Shown: piece by piece, positions 27,872 to 39,000 of the stretch
How positions within the stretch are numbered: the stretch's first letter is position 1
Layout of the letters: each line of letters begins with the position of its first letter
DNA from: a virus
Lineage: Duplodnaviria; Caudoviricetes
Length of the DNA: 64,000 bases
IMG/VR virus record: IMGVR_UViG_3300032782_000010
Location: 1,930 to 65,929 of that record
Strand: one strand, 5' to 3'
Notes under the pieces: generated by a model
The model's input: the letters and a program-made list of their open reading frames with translations, nothing else
Told to the model about the DNA's origin: nothing
Databases searched by the model: none
Made by a program: the position numbers and the translations under genes

Positions 27872-28552
27872 ATGACGATGAACACCGACGGGACGGACTC
27901 GATAGACCTCACGACTCTCGGCGCAGTGAAGAGTTGGCTTGAGATCGACGACACTAATAAAGAGCCGGACACGGACATCCAGGACGTGATAACCGGCTTC
28001 AGCCAGTACGTCCTGAACCAGTGTGGCGTCGTCTCTTTCAGCAGTCTCTCGGCCTTCGTCGAGACGCGCGACGGGAACGGAAACGACACGATGTTCACCC
28101 GGAATCGCCCCATCGTGAACGTCTCCGCCGTGGTGGTGAACGGCGTTCAGGTTCCTCCGGCGGGAGACTGGCCGTCTTACGGCTACTACGTCGCTGATGA
28201 CAAGAAGTCGATCAGGATTCGCGGCACCGGACCGGTGAGCGGCTCGAGGTCGATGTTCGGCGGGCTCTATTCGCCTCGGTCGTCCTTCTTTCGATCGCGT
28301 GGGTTCGACGTCGGCCAGGCTAACGTAACTCTCAGCTACCTGGCCGGATTCATCAAGGTCCCTGCTGATCTCGAGCTCAGGTGCCGACAGGCGTGCGCCA
28401 TAAACTACCGGAGGCGGCAGACGCTCGACATGGCGTCGAAGTCGGTCTCGGCCGGAGGAACGACGGGCACCACGCGCTTCCGGGACTGGGAGATCCCTCC
28501 GGAGTGCCAGACCGTTATCGACTTCTACTCTCGGCTGGCGGTGGTAGGATGA
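27872..28552 (+). CDS. head-tail connector (adaptor) protein
   Basis: DLTTL..VK.WL, NV..SY.AGF..VP.D; position in the neck module. Confidence 0.8.
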   Translation: MTMNTDGTDSIDLTTLGAVKSWLEIDDTNKEPDTDIQDVITGFSQYVLNQCGVVSFSSLSAFVETRDGNGNDTMFTRNRPIVNVSAVVVNGVQVPPAGDWPSYGYYVADDKKSIRIRGTGPVSGSRSMFGGLYSPRSSFFRSRGFDVGQANVTLSYLAGFIKVPADLELRCRQACAINYRRRQTLDMASKSVSAGGTTGTTRFRDWEIPPECQTVIDFYSRLAVVG

Positions 28553-29118
28553 TTCGTTTCTCCTTCAACGGCAGCGACAAGAGAGTGGCTCTCGCCCTGC
28601 GGGAGAGAGGCCAGAAGCTCGTCGCGGCGCTGCGCGAGGCTCTCGACCTCTCGATGCTCGAGCTGGTGCGACGGATTCAGGAGAAGCTCTCCGGGGAAGT
28701 CTTGCACCAGCGAAGCGGCAAGCTGATCGGCTCGGTCCATAAGGAGACTACCGCGGTCGCCGGAACACAGATCATCGGCAGGGTCACGGCCGCTGGAGGC
28801 CCGGCGTGGTACGGTAGGGTTCACGAGTTCGGTGGCACGCGGGCGTACGACATCTACCCCGTCAAGAAGAGAGCGCTTGCGTTCATGGCGGGCGGGGGTG
28901 TTAACAGCCGCAGCTTCTACTTCAAGCAGGGCTCGCGTCGAGGCAGCCTGCGCCCGAAGATGTACGGCAAGTTCGCCGAGGCGGGAGGCGTCGTGGTAAA
29001 ATCGGTTCATCACCCGCCGCTGCCTCGGAGGTCGTTCATGGCGACGTCGCAGGAGGAGCTTCGCGGTAAGATCAAGAGCAACTTGCTGGAAGCGGCGGCG
29101 AAGGCGCTGAGAGGCTAA
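28549..29118 (+). CDS. neck/tail-completion protein
   Basis: RSGKL..S, YGRVHEFGG, P.RSFM. Confidence 0.75.
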   Translation: MIRFSFNGSDKRVALALRERGQKLVAALREALDLSMLELVRRIQEKLSGEVLHQRSGKLIGSVHKETTAVAGTQIIGRVTAAGGPAWYGRVHEFGGTRAYDIYPVKKRALAFMAGGGVNSRSFYFKQGSRRGSLRPKMYGKFAEAGGVVVKSVHHPPLPRRSFMATSQEELRGKIKSNLLEAAAKALRG

Positions 29119-29121
29119 AAG

Positions 29122-29610
29122 ATGATAGCGATCGACTTCGAGAGCCCAAACTATCTGGAGGTGGTCTTCGCGGCGCTCTTCGCGAAGCTGAAGACGGCGA
29201 AGTTCGGCGGGAGCATCGTCGTCAAGTCTTTTCAGAGAGCCGTCCAGCCTCCGGACCAGATCGACGCGGCGAACCAGCCCGCGCTGCTGCTCATCGAAGG
29301 TCTACTGGGGGAGTCGCAGGAGGGGCTCTTCGGCCCGGCGAAGTGGCACCTCGGGGCGTTCGCCGTCGTCTACCTTCGAGCGGACGGCTCGAGCGCCTCT
29401 CAGCAGCAGGTGAGCCCGGCGACGCAGGCGAACTGGATAACTTGGGGAATCGCGCTCGCGCTCGGCGTGACGTATCCTCCTTACCAGAAGCAGACTCTCG
29501 ACGGCCTCGTCTATCACTGCTGGGTGGACGGCCAAGTGAGCGTGGAGGTGGTCGACCAGCAGGTCGTCGTCGTCGTGCCGATTAGCCTGCTGCTCGGCCC
29601 CGTCGGGTGA
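29122..29610 (+). CDS. tail terminator-like protein
   Basis: Position; QTLDGLVYHCW motif. Confidence 0.7.
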   Translation: MIAIDFESPNYLEVVFAALFAKLKTAKFGGSIVVKSFQRAVQPPDQIDAANQPALLLIEGLLGESQEGLFGPAKWHLGAFAVVYLRADGSSASQQQVSPATQANWITWGIALALGVTYPPYQKQTLDGLVYHCWVDGQVSVEVVDQQVVVVVPISLLLGPVG

Positions 29611-29673
29611 AAAAAGATTATTTGGAAGCTAGCTCCGGTCAGCTAGGGGAAGAGTCGCTAGGAGGAAATAGGA

Positions 29674-30438
29674 ATGGCTAACATCCAGTTTGGGACGGGC
29701 GTTCTCTTCGGCAACCCGGTTCTCGGAAACCTGCCGGCGAGCCCCACGCCCTACAAGTTTGGCGTCCTGCAGGAAGTCACCGTGGACTTCAAGGCCGACC
29801 TGAAGAAGCTATTCGGGCAGAGGCAGTTTCCGGTGGCTACGGCGCGCGGCAAGATCGAAGTTACTATCAAGGGCAAGATCGCGGCGACCGACATCAGCAT
29901 GCTCAACCAGCTCTACTTCGCTCAGGTTCAGAGCCAGGGCTACAACCTCATGGTCGACGGCGAGGCTCAGACCGCGAGCTCGAACGCCGTCAGCGTTCTT
30001 CACACCCCGATCGTCGAGGACTGGGGCCTGATCTACTCCGGGACCGGCCAGGCGTTCATCAAGGACTCGTCGAACGCCGCGGTGGCCGTCACGGTGGCGG
30101 GTCACTACACCGGGCCGAACCTCGTCAGCGGAAAGTATACGCTTAACTCCGCGGACAACAACGCGCTGGTGAAGGTCTCCTACACCTACTTCAACAACGT
30201 GACCACGGGAGCGACGATCACGCTGGCGAACCAGCTGATGGGCTACGCGCCGGAGCTCTCCGCCTTCCTCTACAACCAGTTCCGGAACAAGTACCTCGCC
30301 CTGGAGCTGAACGACGTCACTCTCGGCGGCCTCTCGATCCCGACGAAGCTCGAGGACTTCTGGATGCTCGACTTCGACGGTTCGGCGAACGTGGACGCGA
30401 GCGACAATCTGGGCAAGATCATGGCGGATCTAATCTAA
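29674..30438 (+). CDS. major tail tube protein
   Basis: Strong AGGAGG RBS; FGVLQEV.VDF..K.LFG..QFP...ARGK; precedes chaperone and tape measure. Confidence 0.8.
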   Translation: MANIQFGTGVLFGNPVLGNLPASPTPYKFGVLQEVTVDFKADLKKLFGQRQFPVATARGKIEVTIKGKIAATDISMLNQLYFAQVQSQGYNLMVDGEAQTASSNAVSVLHTPIVEDWGLIYSGTGQAFIKDSSNAAVAVTVAGHYTGPNLVSGKYTLNSADNNALVKVSYTYFNNVTTGATITLANQLMGYAPELSAFLYNQFRNKYLALELNDVTLGGLSIPTKLEDFWMLDFDGSANVDASDNLGKIMADLI

Positions 30439-30460
30439 AGAAAAGGAGAACCCGGTCATC

Positions 30461-30802
30461 ATGGCAGACGAGGTGAAGTACGAAGGAACGAAGGTCAAGC
30501 TCGGCGGGGTGGAGTACGTCGTCCCGTCGCTAAGCGTGAAGCAGGCGCGAGCTCTCTGGGGTGACATCCTGTCGATGGACGAGGGGATCACGAAGGAGAA
30601 CCTGCCGGACAAGTATGCGGCGATGCTTAAGGTGATTCACGCGGCGCTGACGAGGAACTACCCGGACGTCAAGCTCGAGGAGATCGAGGAGCACGTCGAC
30701 GTGGCGAACATCCGTGACCTGGTTCGCATCGTCTGCGGTCGCTCCGGGGTTGGCGCTCCGCAGGGGCCTCAGCCGGTCGCGGCGGCGCCAGCGGCCGCTT
30801 AG
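30461..30802 (+). CDS. tail assembly chaperone (gpG-like)
   Basis: Position; ALTRNYP motif. Confidence 0.8.
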   Translation: MADEVKYEGTKVKLGGVEYVVPSLSVKQARALWGDILSMDEGITKENLPDKYAAMLKVIHAALTRNYPDVKLEEIEEHVDVANIRDLVRIVCGRSGVGAPQGPQPVAAAPAAA

Positions 30803-31125
30803 TCAACTGGCCCGCGATATACGGGGCCATCGTAACGCAGACCGGCTGGACGTTCGAGTACGTTGACGACCTGGAGCTAGCGAGAGCACTCGAGCTGCTG
30901 GCTTACCTAAACGGCGGGCGAGAAGAAGATAGAAAGATACAGGTTCCGAGGTCGCCATCTGAGTGGTCTCCGGAGAGCGTCACCGAGGAGGCGAACGAGG
31001 CGGCGCTCGCGACGTTCGGGATGATGCCGGGAGTGACGAGAGGTACGCTGGGCGAGCGCGAGCGGGACCTGATTAAGTGGGCGGAGGAGGAGCTTAAGCG
31101 TGGCGGGAAACGACACCCTTCTTGA
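30718..31125 (+). CDS. tail assembly chaperone frameshift extension (gpT-like, -1 frame)
   Basis: -1 frame open from 30718 to TGA 31123-31125, encoding ..VNWPAIYGAIVTQTGWTFEYVDDL..; no good start of its own; absent from the ORF track. Confidence 0.7.
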   Translation, partial: PGSHRLRSLRGWRSAGASAGRGGASGRLVNWPAIYGAIVTQTGWTFEYVDDLELARALELLAYLNGGREEDRKIQVPRSPSEWSPESVTEEANEAALATFGMMPGVTRGTLGERERDLIKWAEEELKRGGKRHPS

Positions 31126-33058
31126 AGCTGGGGCGGTAATCGACACCTCTCAGGCTACCACCGGCTTGAAACAGCTCGCGGCGGACACGGAGTCTACGGC
31201 GAGCTCGATGACGAAGTCGTTCCAGCGCGTCGGAGCCGAGTCCGAGAGCGCAATGCGCCGCGTCGGCGGGCACGAGGCGACCGAGGCGCGTCACGCGATT
31301 CACGGCCTGGGCGAAGAGATCGGCATTCACGTTCCTCGCTTCATCCAGTCCTTCGTCTCGGGGCTAGGCGGCGTCGCGCCGGTTCTCGCGGCGGCGTTCA
31401 CCCCGATCGCTATTTTCGGTTTGTTAGAAGTTCTTGCGGAGATTCCAGAAAAGATTCGCGAGGGAGTAGATGCGCTCGTAGGCTGGGACGAGGAGGCGAA
31501 GAAGGCGTACGGCGACGCGCTTAAGGCGAACGTCGAGCTTCAAGTCAAGCAGGAAGAGCTGAACGAGAAGCTGAGAGAAACGCAGCTTATCGGGGCGACC
31601 GGTCTAGGAAAGTATAGCCTGGAGCTGAACATCCTAGGGCAGAACCTTCAGGACAAGGGTACGCTTCTCGTCGAGTTTAACCGGCGTATCAAGGAGGCTC
31701 AGGCCGAGGTGGAAGAGCTCTCGAAGCCGTCCACCTTCACGTCGACGTGGGGTTCGATCCCGATCCCTGAGAAGTTCACCGGGTGGCTGACGGGAACGAA
31801 CGAGCAGATCAAGGAGGCGAAGCAGAACCTCGAAGCTCTTCAGGCGGCGGCGAAGTCTCTCCAGGACGCCATCCAGTTTAAGACCCCGGTGGCCAAGAGC
31901 ACCGCCAAGGCTGAGCAGGCTAAGGCCGACAAGGAGCTGAACGAGAAGACGTACGACGAGGGCGTCGAGCTGATGCACCGCACCGCTACGGAAGACCAGC
32001 GGATGATCGACGAGCGCATCCGAGGCGAGCAGGAGGCGGAGCGCGCGATCGACGCGCTCATCAACGCGCAGTCGGACGAGACGATCAAGGGGATTGTGGA
32101 GCGGGAGACGGCGGAGAGAAAGTTCGTCGAGGACCGAAAGAGGGACGAGCTCGAGACGGCCCTCGCTGGCAAGGACGCGGAGAAGGCTCGGGTCGAGAAC
32201 GAGCTAAGAATTGGCACCATCACCTCCGGCGTCGCGCGCGACCAGCTCGTTCGGCTCGACGAGGAGAAGCTCCAGCTCGAGCTCGCGTACCTGAACGAGC
32301 GGCAGGCGGCGATCACGGCGCGCATGAGCGGCGAGTCCGACGCGCTCTACGCGCGAGACCTCGCGGAGCTCTCGCGGATCGAGTCCGAGAAGGTGAAGGT
32401 GACGAACGAGGCGAACTCGGCGATCGTCGCCGACGAGAACCGAACGTCCGTCGCCATGATGAAGGCCTGGCAGTCCGTTACGGTGATGCTGCAGCGGGGC
32501 GTCGACTCGATGATCGAGGGTGTGCTGCGCGGAACGAAGACGATCGGTCAGGCTTTCGAGGAGATGGCCGGGGATATGATCATCGCGATGCTCGAGGCGT
32601 TCGCGAGGATGCTCGTCGCCCAGCTCGTCTACACGGCCACGGCCGGAGCGGTCGACAAGGAGCACTCGATCGCGAGCATCCTGCGCAGCGCCTACCAGGC
32701 GGCGGCTCACGTCTACGCTGAGGTCCCTTTTCCGTTCAACCTCGTCGCCGCGCCCGCCGTGTTCGCGCTCGTCGCCGCTTCGGCGGCGGGGCTGCCCTCC
32801 GCCGGCTCTGGCGCGCTCCTCGCGAACGACGGGCCGATCTACGCTCACCGCGAGGAGATGGTGCTGCCGCCTAACTTGAGCCGCGGAGTTCAGAGCATGA
32901 TAAACCAAGGCGGCGCTCCGGCCGGAGGTGGGCCTACGATTTACTTCTCGCCTCAGATCAGCGCGATCGACGCTCGCGGAGTCGCGCAAGTTCTTGAGGG
33001 TCAGATGGACACGCTCGTCAGCATCCTCGGGCGGGCGCGACGGGAGAACCGATTTTGA
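31100..33058 (+). CDS. tape measure protein
   Basis: Helical Ala/Glu-rich 652 aa; C-terminal H..EMVLP and ISAIDA motifs. Confidence 0.85.
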   Translation: MAGNDTLLEAGAVIDTSQATTGLKQLAADTESTASSMTKSFQRVGAESESAMRRVGGHEATEARHAIHGLGEEIGIHVPRFIQSFVSGLGGVAPVLAAAFTPIAIFGLLEVLAEIPEKIREGVDALVGWDEEAKKAYGDALKANVELQVKQEELNEKLRETQLIGATGLGKYSLELNILGQNLQDKGTLLVEFNRRIKEAQAEVEELSKPSTFTSTWGSIPIPEKFTGWLTGTNEQIKEAKQNLEALQAAAKSLQDAIQFKTPVAKSTAKAEQAKADKELNEKTYDEGVELMHRTATEDQRMIDERIRGEQEAERAIDALINAQSDETIKGIVERETAERKFVEDRKRDELETALAGKDAEKARVENELRIGTITSGVARDQLVRLDEEKLQLELAYLNERQAAITARMSGESDALYARDLAELSRIESEKVKVTNEANSAIVADENRTSVAMMKAWQSVTVMLQRGVDSMIEGVLRGTKTIGQAFEEMAGDMIIAMLEAFARMLVAQLVYTATAGAVDKEHSIASILRSAYQAAAHVYAEVPFPFNLVAAPAVFALVAASAAGLPSAGSGALLANDGPIYAHREEMVLPPNLSRGVQSMINQGGAPAGGGPTIYFSPQISAIDARGVAQVLEGQMDTLVSILGRARRENRF

Positions 33059-34164
33059 GCAACCTGATCTGGACGCCGCCTAACTACCTCGCGTGGAGTG
33101 TGTTCAAGAGCCCGGAGATGTCGACTCTCGTCCAGAAGGCCGTGAGTGGCAAGACGACGCGTGCTCAGCTCTACGCGACGCCGATCTGGAACTATAAGCT
33201 CAAGTGGGAGCTGCTGAGAAACAGCGGCAGCGCCTCGCCGACGAGCCTCAACAGCCTCATCGACTTCTTCCTCTCGCGCGGGGGCGCGTACGACTCGTTC
33301 CTCTACGCCGACCCGGACGACAACGCGGTGACGGACCAGCTTATCGGCTACGGCGACGGGGTAACGACTCAGTTCCAGCTCCTCTATCAGAAGGCTGGCG
33401 CCGCCGCTCAGGCCGCAGGAGGATTCTACGAGCTCGTCCAGAATCCTAATGTCGTCTCGGCGGTGAAGATAAACGGATCGGCGCAGGCTGCGTTCTCATA
33501 TGCAATCGGGACGGAGAACCAGTTGCTCTATTCTCAAGACTTCTCTAATGCTTTTTGGTCGAAGAATGCGCTTGCGATCACGGCGAACAGTACCGCCGCT
33601 CCTGACGGGACGACCACTGCGGATACACTTGCGTCGTCAGGTGACGGCTATGCGACTCAGCTTGTTACAGGAATTGCAGCGGGAGAGCTCGTCACATTCT
33701 CCGTTTATCTCAAGGCTGTCTCCGGAACGCCTACGATAAAGATATTCTTGAATAGCGCCTTCGCTGGAGGATGGCTTACCGGGCCGTTTACGTCCTGCGC
33801 GCTTAACTCCACATGGCAGAGATTTTCCGTAACAGCTCCGATGTCGGCGCTTCCGGGAATATCCGGAATGATGGCGATGGTAGGTGGCGCGAACAGTATA
33901 CCAAATGGAGTCTCCGTGTATGCTTGGGGCGCGCAACTTGAAAGATTCCCTGCGGCGAGCGGGTATCTCGCGACCATAACCGACCAGGTGAAGCCGCTCG
34001 GCATGATAACGTTCGGTACGGCTCCGGGACTCAACCTTCCTGTTACGGCGAGCTTCAGTTTCTATTATCGGCTCCGATTCAAAAACGACCTGAACGAGTT
34101 CGAGCAGTTTATGAAGAACCTCTGGCAGCTCCAGCAGCTCGAGCTCGTAAGCGAGACCCTATGA
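33055..34164 (+). CDS. distal tail protein (DUF2460-like) with inserted carbohydrate-binding module
   Basis: FF..RGG..DSFLY.DP.D, IG.GDG.TTQFQL, F.FYYRLRF; insert NLL.S.DFS...WGAQLE. Confidence 0.85.
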   Translation: MSNLIWTPPNYLAWSVFKSPEMSTLVQKAVSGKTTRAQLYATPIWNYKLKWELLRNSGSASPTSLNSLIDFFLSRGGAYDSFLYADPDDNAVTDQLIGYGDGVTTQFQLLYQKAGAAAQAAGGFYELVQNPNVVSAVKINGSAQAAFSYAIGTENQLLYSQDFSNAFWSKNALAITANSTAAPDGTTTADTLASSGDGYATQLVTGIAAGELVTFSVYLKAVSGTPTIKIFLNSAFAGGWLTGPFTSCALNSTWQRFSVTAPMSALPGISGMMAMVGGANSIPNGVSVYAWGAQLERFPAASGYLATITDQVKPLGMITFGTAPGLNLPVTASFSFYYRLRFKNDLNEFEQFMKNLWQLQQLELVSETL

Positions 34165-35528
34165 GATCGCTCGACCCTAACTTGCTAGCTCTTCTTCAAG
34201 GTCGACGGAACTTCTTCACCGCGGATCTTTTCACCATCCAGCCTCCGTCGCCGGCTTTTTCTCAACCACTGTTTCTGACGAGCTGCGATCGAGACATTCT
34301 CTATCCTGCGAATCTCCTTCTCGCCTCCGAAGACTTCTCCGACCCAGCGTGGTTCGCGAGTAACACCGGGGCTTCTGACCCAGTGGTCACGCCGAACTTT
34401 ACGACGGCTCCTGACGGGACAAACACGGCCGACAAGATCGCTTTCCCTGACTGCACCGGTGGTGTGTTCAACGCCGCGCTGGCGCAAGACGTATTTTTTG
34501 GTGCGCCTGTTCAGCCTGGTTTGACGATGTTCACTTTTTCTTGCTGGGTTAAGACTGACACAACCGGAGTTCTTCGCATTGGGATGGATAGTTCGCTCAG
34601 GCCAAATCTATCGGAAGCGCCGGTCGCAAATCTTACGAACAAATGGCAATTTGTGAGAGCAAGCGGACTTGAGGGAGGAGATATTGGAGCAGGTTTCTAT
34701 AGCGACAGTATGCCGGCGATAAATATCTACGTCTGGGGCGCTCAGCTTAACTTTGGCCCGGGCGTTTCGCCTTACGCGAAGAACGACGGCGCGAGCAACC
34801 TCGCGCGCTGGAGCTCCAGGTTCGTCAAGGCGACCCGCGGCCGGCTGAAGTGGAGCGTAGGCCTGACGGTCGATACGCTCGACATGACTCTCGACGCTAA
34901 CCCTAACGTCCTGCAGGATGGCGTCCCTATCCTGAAGCAGTTCCAGCGGGGCTACTTCGACGGGGCGCGCTTCCAGTACGATCGTCTCTACGGGACGGCC
35001 TACGGCCAGTGGGTCGGCGCGCTCACGCTCTTCACCGGGAACATCGCGGACATTAAGAACGTAGGTCGAACGCGCTGCGCTCTCACCGTGCGCTCGAGGC
35101 TCGAGCTCCTTAACAACTCTCTTCCGAGAGTTCTCTTCCAGCCTTCCTGCCGCTGGACGCTCTTCGACGACGGCTGCACTCTCGACAAGGAGACGTACGC
35201 TATAAACCTGACCTACGTCGCTTCGGGGTCGGACGTCCTGACGCTGAAGTCGAACGCCACCCAGTCCGACGGGTACTTCTCCCTCGGGACGATCACCTTC
35301 ACGAGTGGTGAGAACGCGGGCCTGAGCGCCACGGTGAAGCAGTACGCTCACTCCGGCGGGACGTTTATCATAAACAAGCCCTTCCCCTACCCGATCGCGA
35401 ACGGCGACGCCTTCACGGCCTACCCTGGCTGCGACAGGACGCAGACCGCCTGCGGTCCGGCGAAGTTCAACAACCTGGTAAACTTCGGAGGGTTCCCTTA
35501 CATCCCGGTCCCGGAGGCGGCGTTTTGA
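34161..35528 (+). CDS. baseplate hub protein (DUF2163/BR0599-like) with inserted carbohydrate-binding module
   Basis: QPSCRWTLFD..C, PGCDRT...C...FNNL.NFGGFPYIP. Confidence 0.88.
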   Translation: MRSLDPNLLALLQGRRNFFTADLFTIQPPSPAFSQPLFLTSCDRDILYPANLLLASEDFSDPAWFASNTGASDPVVTPNFTTAPDGTNTADKIAFPDCTGGVFNAALAQDVFFGAPVQPGLTMFTFSCWVKTDTTGVLRIGMDSSLRPNLSEAPVANLTNKWQFVRASGLEGGDIGAGFYSDSMPAINIYVWGAQLNFGPGVSPYAKNDGASNLARWSSRFVKATRGRLKWSVGLTVDTLDMTLDANPNVLQDGVPILKQFQRGYFDGARFQYDRLYGTAYGQWVGALTLFTGNIADIKNVGRTRCALTVRSRLELLNNSLPRVLFQPSCRWTLFDDGCTLDKETYAINLTYVASGSDVLTLKSNATQSDGYFSLGTITFTSGENAGLSATVKQYAHSGGTFIINKPFPYPIANGDAFTAYPGCDRTQTACGPAKFNNLVNFGGFPYIPVPEAAF

Positions 35529-36091
35529 TCCTGACCATTCATTGCGACATCTGCGGGAGAGAGTGCGACCCGCCAACGCCGGAGCAGGTCGAGAGGAGCA
35601 AGGACTCCCTGGCTGGAAACCGCAGGCCGAGGCTGGCCTGCGAGGGAACGTGCTACCAGCGAGCACGCGTGCTCGAGGAGGCGGAGACCTGGCTGAGGAC
35701 TCCGTTTCACCACGAGGCGCGCGTCAAGGGGGCCGGGGTCGACTGCGCGATGCTCCTCGCCGAGGTCTATGAGCGCGTGGGACTGATTCCTCGTCAGAGC
35801 CCCGATCACTACTCGGCGCAGTGGCATCTCCACCGCGACGACGAGAAGTACCTCCCGTGGATACTCGCGAACGCGGTCGAGACTCACTCCGCGCCGAGCC
35901 CTGGCGACATCGTCATGTTCAAGATAGGACGCGCGTGGTCTCACGCAGGAATCGTCCTTAGCTGGCCGTTGATAATTCACGCGTGGTTCCAGACGGGGGT
36001 GGAGACGAACGACGCGTCTCTCGACCCGCTGCGGACGTACCCGCGTCGGTTCTTCACGCTCAAGGCTTGGCTGGAAGGCGGTGAGGAGTGA
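35525..36091 (+). CDS. NlpC/P60 tail peptidase
   Basis: WLRTPFHH, GVDC, PGD, SHAGI, IIHA. Confidence 0.9.
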   Translation: MILTIHCDICGRECDPPTPEQVERSKDSLAGNRRPRLACEGTCYQRARVLEEAETWLRTPFHHEARVKGAGVDCAMLLAEVYERVGLIPRQSPDHYSAQWHLHRDDEKYLPWILANAVETHSAPSPGDIVMFKIGRAWSHAGIVLSWPLIIHAWFQTGVETNDASLDPLRTYPRRFFTLKAWLEGGEE

Positions 36092-39000
36092 GCGGCCTTT
36101 TCGGGAGAACGAACGCCATTCAGAGCTCGAAGCTCAAGGGGCTCTCCGCTCAGACGAGCGTCTACGGAGCCGTCTTGCCTCTGGGGTACGGTCGCTTCCG
36201 TCTCTCCGGAAACATGATCTGGTACGGCGACTTCACGGCGACGAAGCAGAAGGCGCAGGGCGGCAAGGGCGGGATGTTCGGCGGCGGCGGCAAGGGCGGC
36301 GGCGTCTCGTACGAGTACTCCGCGGCGGTGCTGCTCGCTCTCTGCGTCGGCGGCTCTTCGCTGAAACTCTTCAACGTCTACGACTCGGCGGGGCAGGTCG
36401 AGCTTACGGTCACCGTGGAGACGTTCACGGTCCCTGGCGGCGGCGGGTCTCACACCGTAGCTCACAGCGGCTCGACGGTCTTCTACGGCGATCACGGCGT
36501 TACGCGCGGCGACTCCTACTCCGTCCCGACGAACGACTACGGGAACCCCGCCGGGTCCGGAACGCTGACCGGCACTCAGCAGACGCCGATGGCGACGGTG
36601 GTCGCCTCGCCTGAAGCCGGCCAGTACACCGTCTCGAGTTCCGGAACGTACGCCTTCTCGGCGGCGGATGCCGGGAAGGTGATGACGATCACCTACGCGT
36701 GGGCGGCCCCCACCGCGGCGGGGACGTCGGGGCAGCCGATCACGGTCGCTCAGCTCACGTTCCTCAAGGGGACTCTCGGGCAGTCGCCCTGGAGCTACCT
36801 GAGCACGAACCACCCGACCGAGGCCCTCGGCTACACCCAGGTCGCCGCCGTCGCATCGCCGAAGATGGACCTCGGCGGCTCGGGGGCGCTGCCAAACTTG
36901 AGCTTCGAGATCGGCGGCCTGCTGCCGTTCGGCGGCGGGATCGTCGACTCGAATCCGCGCGACGTCATCGTGGACGCGCTGACGAGCACGACCTACGGCG
37001 TCAGCTTCCCGGCGGCGGAGATCGGCGACCTCTCGAACTACTCCGACTTCTGCGTCGCGAACGGCCTGTTCATGAGCCCGGTCTTCGACAGCGATCGCCC
37101 GGCGGCCGACTGGCTGAAGGACATAATCGACGCGACGGTGAGCGAGGCGTTCATCTCGCAGGGAGTTCTGAAGATAGTTCCGTACGGCGACACGAGCGCA
37201 GTGGCGTTCGGCGCGACGTACCAGCCGCAGACCGCTCCGGTCGTCGACCTGAACGATGACGACTTTCTCTACGACGCGGGCGAGGACCCGGTCCGAATAA
37301 CTCGCCCGACGATCGCCGACGTGTTCACTAACGTTAGGGTCGAGTACCTCGAACGAGCGAACCGTTACAACCCCACCGTGGTCGAGGAGTTCGACCAGAA
37401 CGCGATCGAGACGTACCGTCCGCGTCAGACGTCGCCGACGTCGATGCACTTCTACACGACGCAGGCGGCGTCCCAGCAGGCCGCGAACATGATCCTCAAG
37501 CGGCAGATCTACGTCAGAAACCAGTACGGCTTCAAGATCGACATGCGCTACCCCTACCTCGAGCAGATGGACCTCGTCACGCTGACTGACACGAACCTCG
37601 GGCTCGACAAGACCCCGGTGAGGCTGCTGAGCATCTCGGAGGACGGGAACGGGAAGCTTGACTGCGTGGCCGAGGAGTTCCCCTGGGGGACCGCCGCGCC
37701 TACCCTCTACCCGAAGGAGTCGCCCGCGCCGTTCGTCCCCGCGTCCGATAACGACCCCGGCAACGTCAACACGCCGATCATGTTCGAGGCGCTCTCGCGT
37801 CTGAACAACCAGATCGGTCACGCCATCTACATGGGCGTCTCCGGCTCGGACCCGGACTGGGGCGGCTGCTCGGTCTGGGTCTCCACCGACGGGACGACGT
37901 ACGAGAAGGTGGACACGTTCTTCTCGAAGTCGCGGATGGGAACTCTCACCGCGACGCTAGCCTCCCACGCCGACCCGGACACGACGAACACGCTGAGCGT
38001 GGACCTGACCGAGTCGTCCGGGGAGCTCTTCTCCGGGAGCTCGGCCGACGCGAACGCCTTCCGAACTCTCTGCTACGTCGGCGGCGCGACGAACGAGCTC
38101 ATCAGCTACCAGGACGCGACTCTCACGAGCGCATTTCACTATAACCTTGGAACTTTGCTGCGCCGCGGCGTTGCGGGATCGCCGATAGGCTCTCACGCCT
38201 CGGGGTCGCCGTTCCTGCGGCTCGACGACAACGTCTTCTCGTACGACTACGACCCGACGCTCATCGGGACGACGCTTCACTTCAAGTTCACAAGCTTCAA
38301 CCTCGTCGGGCAGCGCGAGCAGTCGCTCGCCGACGTTACCGACTACACGATCGCGGTGACCGGAGCTTCGCTCGGGCTCCTCACCCCAGCCCACGTGACG
38401 TACCGCCCGACGACGAACCCGCTGACAGCTCATGACGCCGGGTCGAACGCGACGATCAACGTCGCGTCGTTCCCGATGCGCGTCCCGGGCATCACCGACA
38501 TCAACCTGAACAGCGGCGCGATCACCGGGCTCTCGTACAACACCCTCTACTACGTCTATTACGACGACCCCAACTTCTTCGGAGGGGCGGTGACGTACGT
38601 CGCCACGACGACGAAGGAGACAGCTCTCAACGGTGCGGGAAGGTTCTTCGTCGGCTCGATCACGACGCCTCGCGCAGGAGGCTCAGACACTACCGGAAAC
38701 AATGACGGCGGGAGCGGGGCGCAGCTAGGCATGGTTAACGTGTTCGGGTTTCAGGTGACGGGGAGCTCCGCCAGCGGCGGGGCTACGATCTCTAACTCGG
38801 GTAACATCGTCGACGGGAGCGACTCGAGCTTCTGCGACTTGACGATAAACACCGGCATCGGCTCTAACTGCTTCGTCCTGCTGGGCAACGCCTCGTCCGT
38901 CCAGAGGGCCTTCTCGTCCTTGAAGGTGAAGATCGCCGTCCAGATCACGCAGAACAACGCTGCCCCGAACGGAACGACCAGCAACAGCTTCTTCGACGTC

